The position numbers and the translations under genes are program-made. This document shows positions 63,562-64,000 of a stretch of DNA of 64,000 nucleotides, piece by piece (positions within the stretch are counted from its first letter, which is position 1; the number at the start of each line of letters is the position of its first letter). Location: the sequence record MK509462; one strand, written 5' to 3'. The DNA comes from Shigella phage MK-13. The notes under the pieces are model-generated. The model saw only the letters and a program-made list of their open reading frames with translations, searched no databases and was not told the origin of the DNA.

Positions 63562-64000
63562 TTATTTTACCACTTTTAACTTCACATCACGCTCGAGCAG
63601 ATACACATATTCACGGGCGGCTGCGAGCGACATATAATGGGTGGATGGGGTGCTGTGTTTGTTCAGCGTCTCTTTTAATTCAACTCGCTCAGCCCACCCA
63701 TTGATGGAGGTGCCGTAGAAGCCGATGATAGCAGCGAAATAAATGCGTTGAGTTTCCGGCTCCAGGATGTAGTTCACGGTGAAGCAAACTTCAGAGCGAA
63801 TGCCAGAAGGTTTGATACCAATACGAAAATATGGCATCTCATTGCTAACACACAAATGGCGAAAACGATCACGACGGGCTTGTGTTGACTCCGTAAGTTC
63901 TTTACGCAGATGTATATCGTCGATGTTAAAAGAGAATGTGTTGTTGCTCTTTAGATCTGATTTAGCCAGGTCGATAGCAGAAGGAAGGACACGGCGGAAA
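63562..64000 (-). CDS. Hypothetical protein, partial (5' end beyond the window)
   Basis: Track ORF 63562..63855 starts at TTG, but the frame stays open upstream to position 64000 with no stop. Confidence 0.4.
   Translation of the reverse strand, partial: FRRVLPSAIDLAKSDLKSNNTFSFNIDDIHLRKELTESTQARRDRFRHLCVSNEMPYFRIGIKPSGIRSEVCFTVNYILEPETQRIYFAAIIGFYGTSINGWAERVELKETLNKHSTPSTHYMSLAAAREYVYLLERDVKLKVVK

Noticed and set aside
1-64000. Prophage or integrated element
   Set aside because: No integrase, attachment-site repeats or host housekeeping genes; gene content is that of a lytic T4-like phage

Overview
This window reads as a contiguous segment of a large virulent T4-like myovirus genome, with no integrase, transposase or CRISPR array seen. 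All annotation is by eye from the six-frame translations and the raw sequence; nothing was searched against a database, and hand-derived coordinates for RNAs, promoters and hairpins may be off by 1-2 nt. Recognisable core genes include UvsX recombinase, the gp41-like replicative helicase, ATP-dependent DNA ligase, family-B DNA polymerase, both topoisomerase II subunits (large subunit as one unsplit ORF), an rIIA-like GHKL ATPase, dCMP deaminase, a T4 gene 1-like dNMP kinase, head-completion protein gp4 and tail-tube/baseplate proteins. The most interesting content is a set of nucleotide-metabolism genes that looks like a thymidine hypermodification pathway: a divergent ThyA-fold enzyme translationally coupled to a P-loop kinase, a dNMP kinase and an NTP pyrophosphatase, plus a distant PLP-dependent enzyme and a kinase/HAD/unknown module beside the polymerase. 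Other accessory candidates are a macro-domain protein and a NADAR-like protein (possible counter-defence against ADP-ribosylation), a PspA-like coiled-coil protein with small membrane proteins, a LemA-like/Cys-rich membrane pair, strongly acidic proteins, and an Ig-like decoration-type protein. The 3' part of the window (about 59.4-63.5 kb) is almost ORF-free: it holds a minus-strand tRNA cluster (tRNA-Tyr and tRNA-Asn parsed confidently, two more atypical), long inverted repeats and a perfect 42-bp tandem duplication. Intergenic regions carry many GC-rich hairpins, sigma70-like early promoters and T4-type TATAAATA late promoters.
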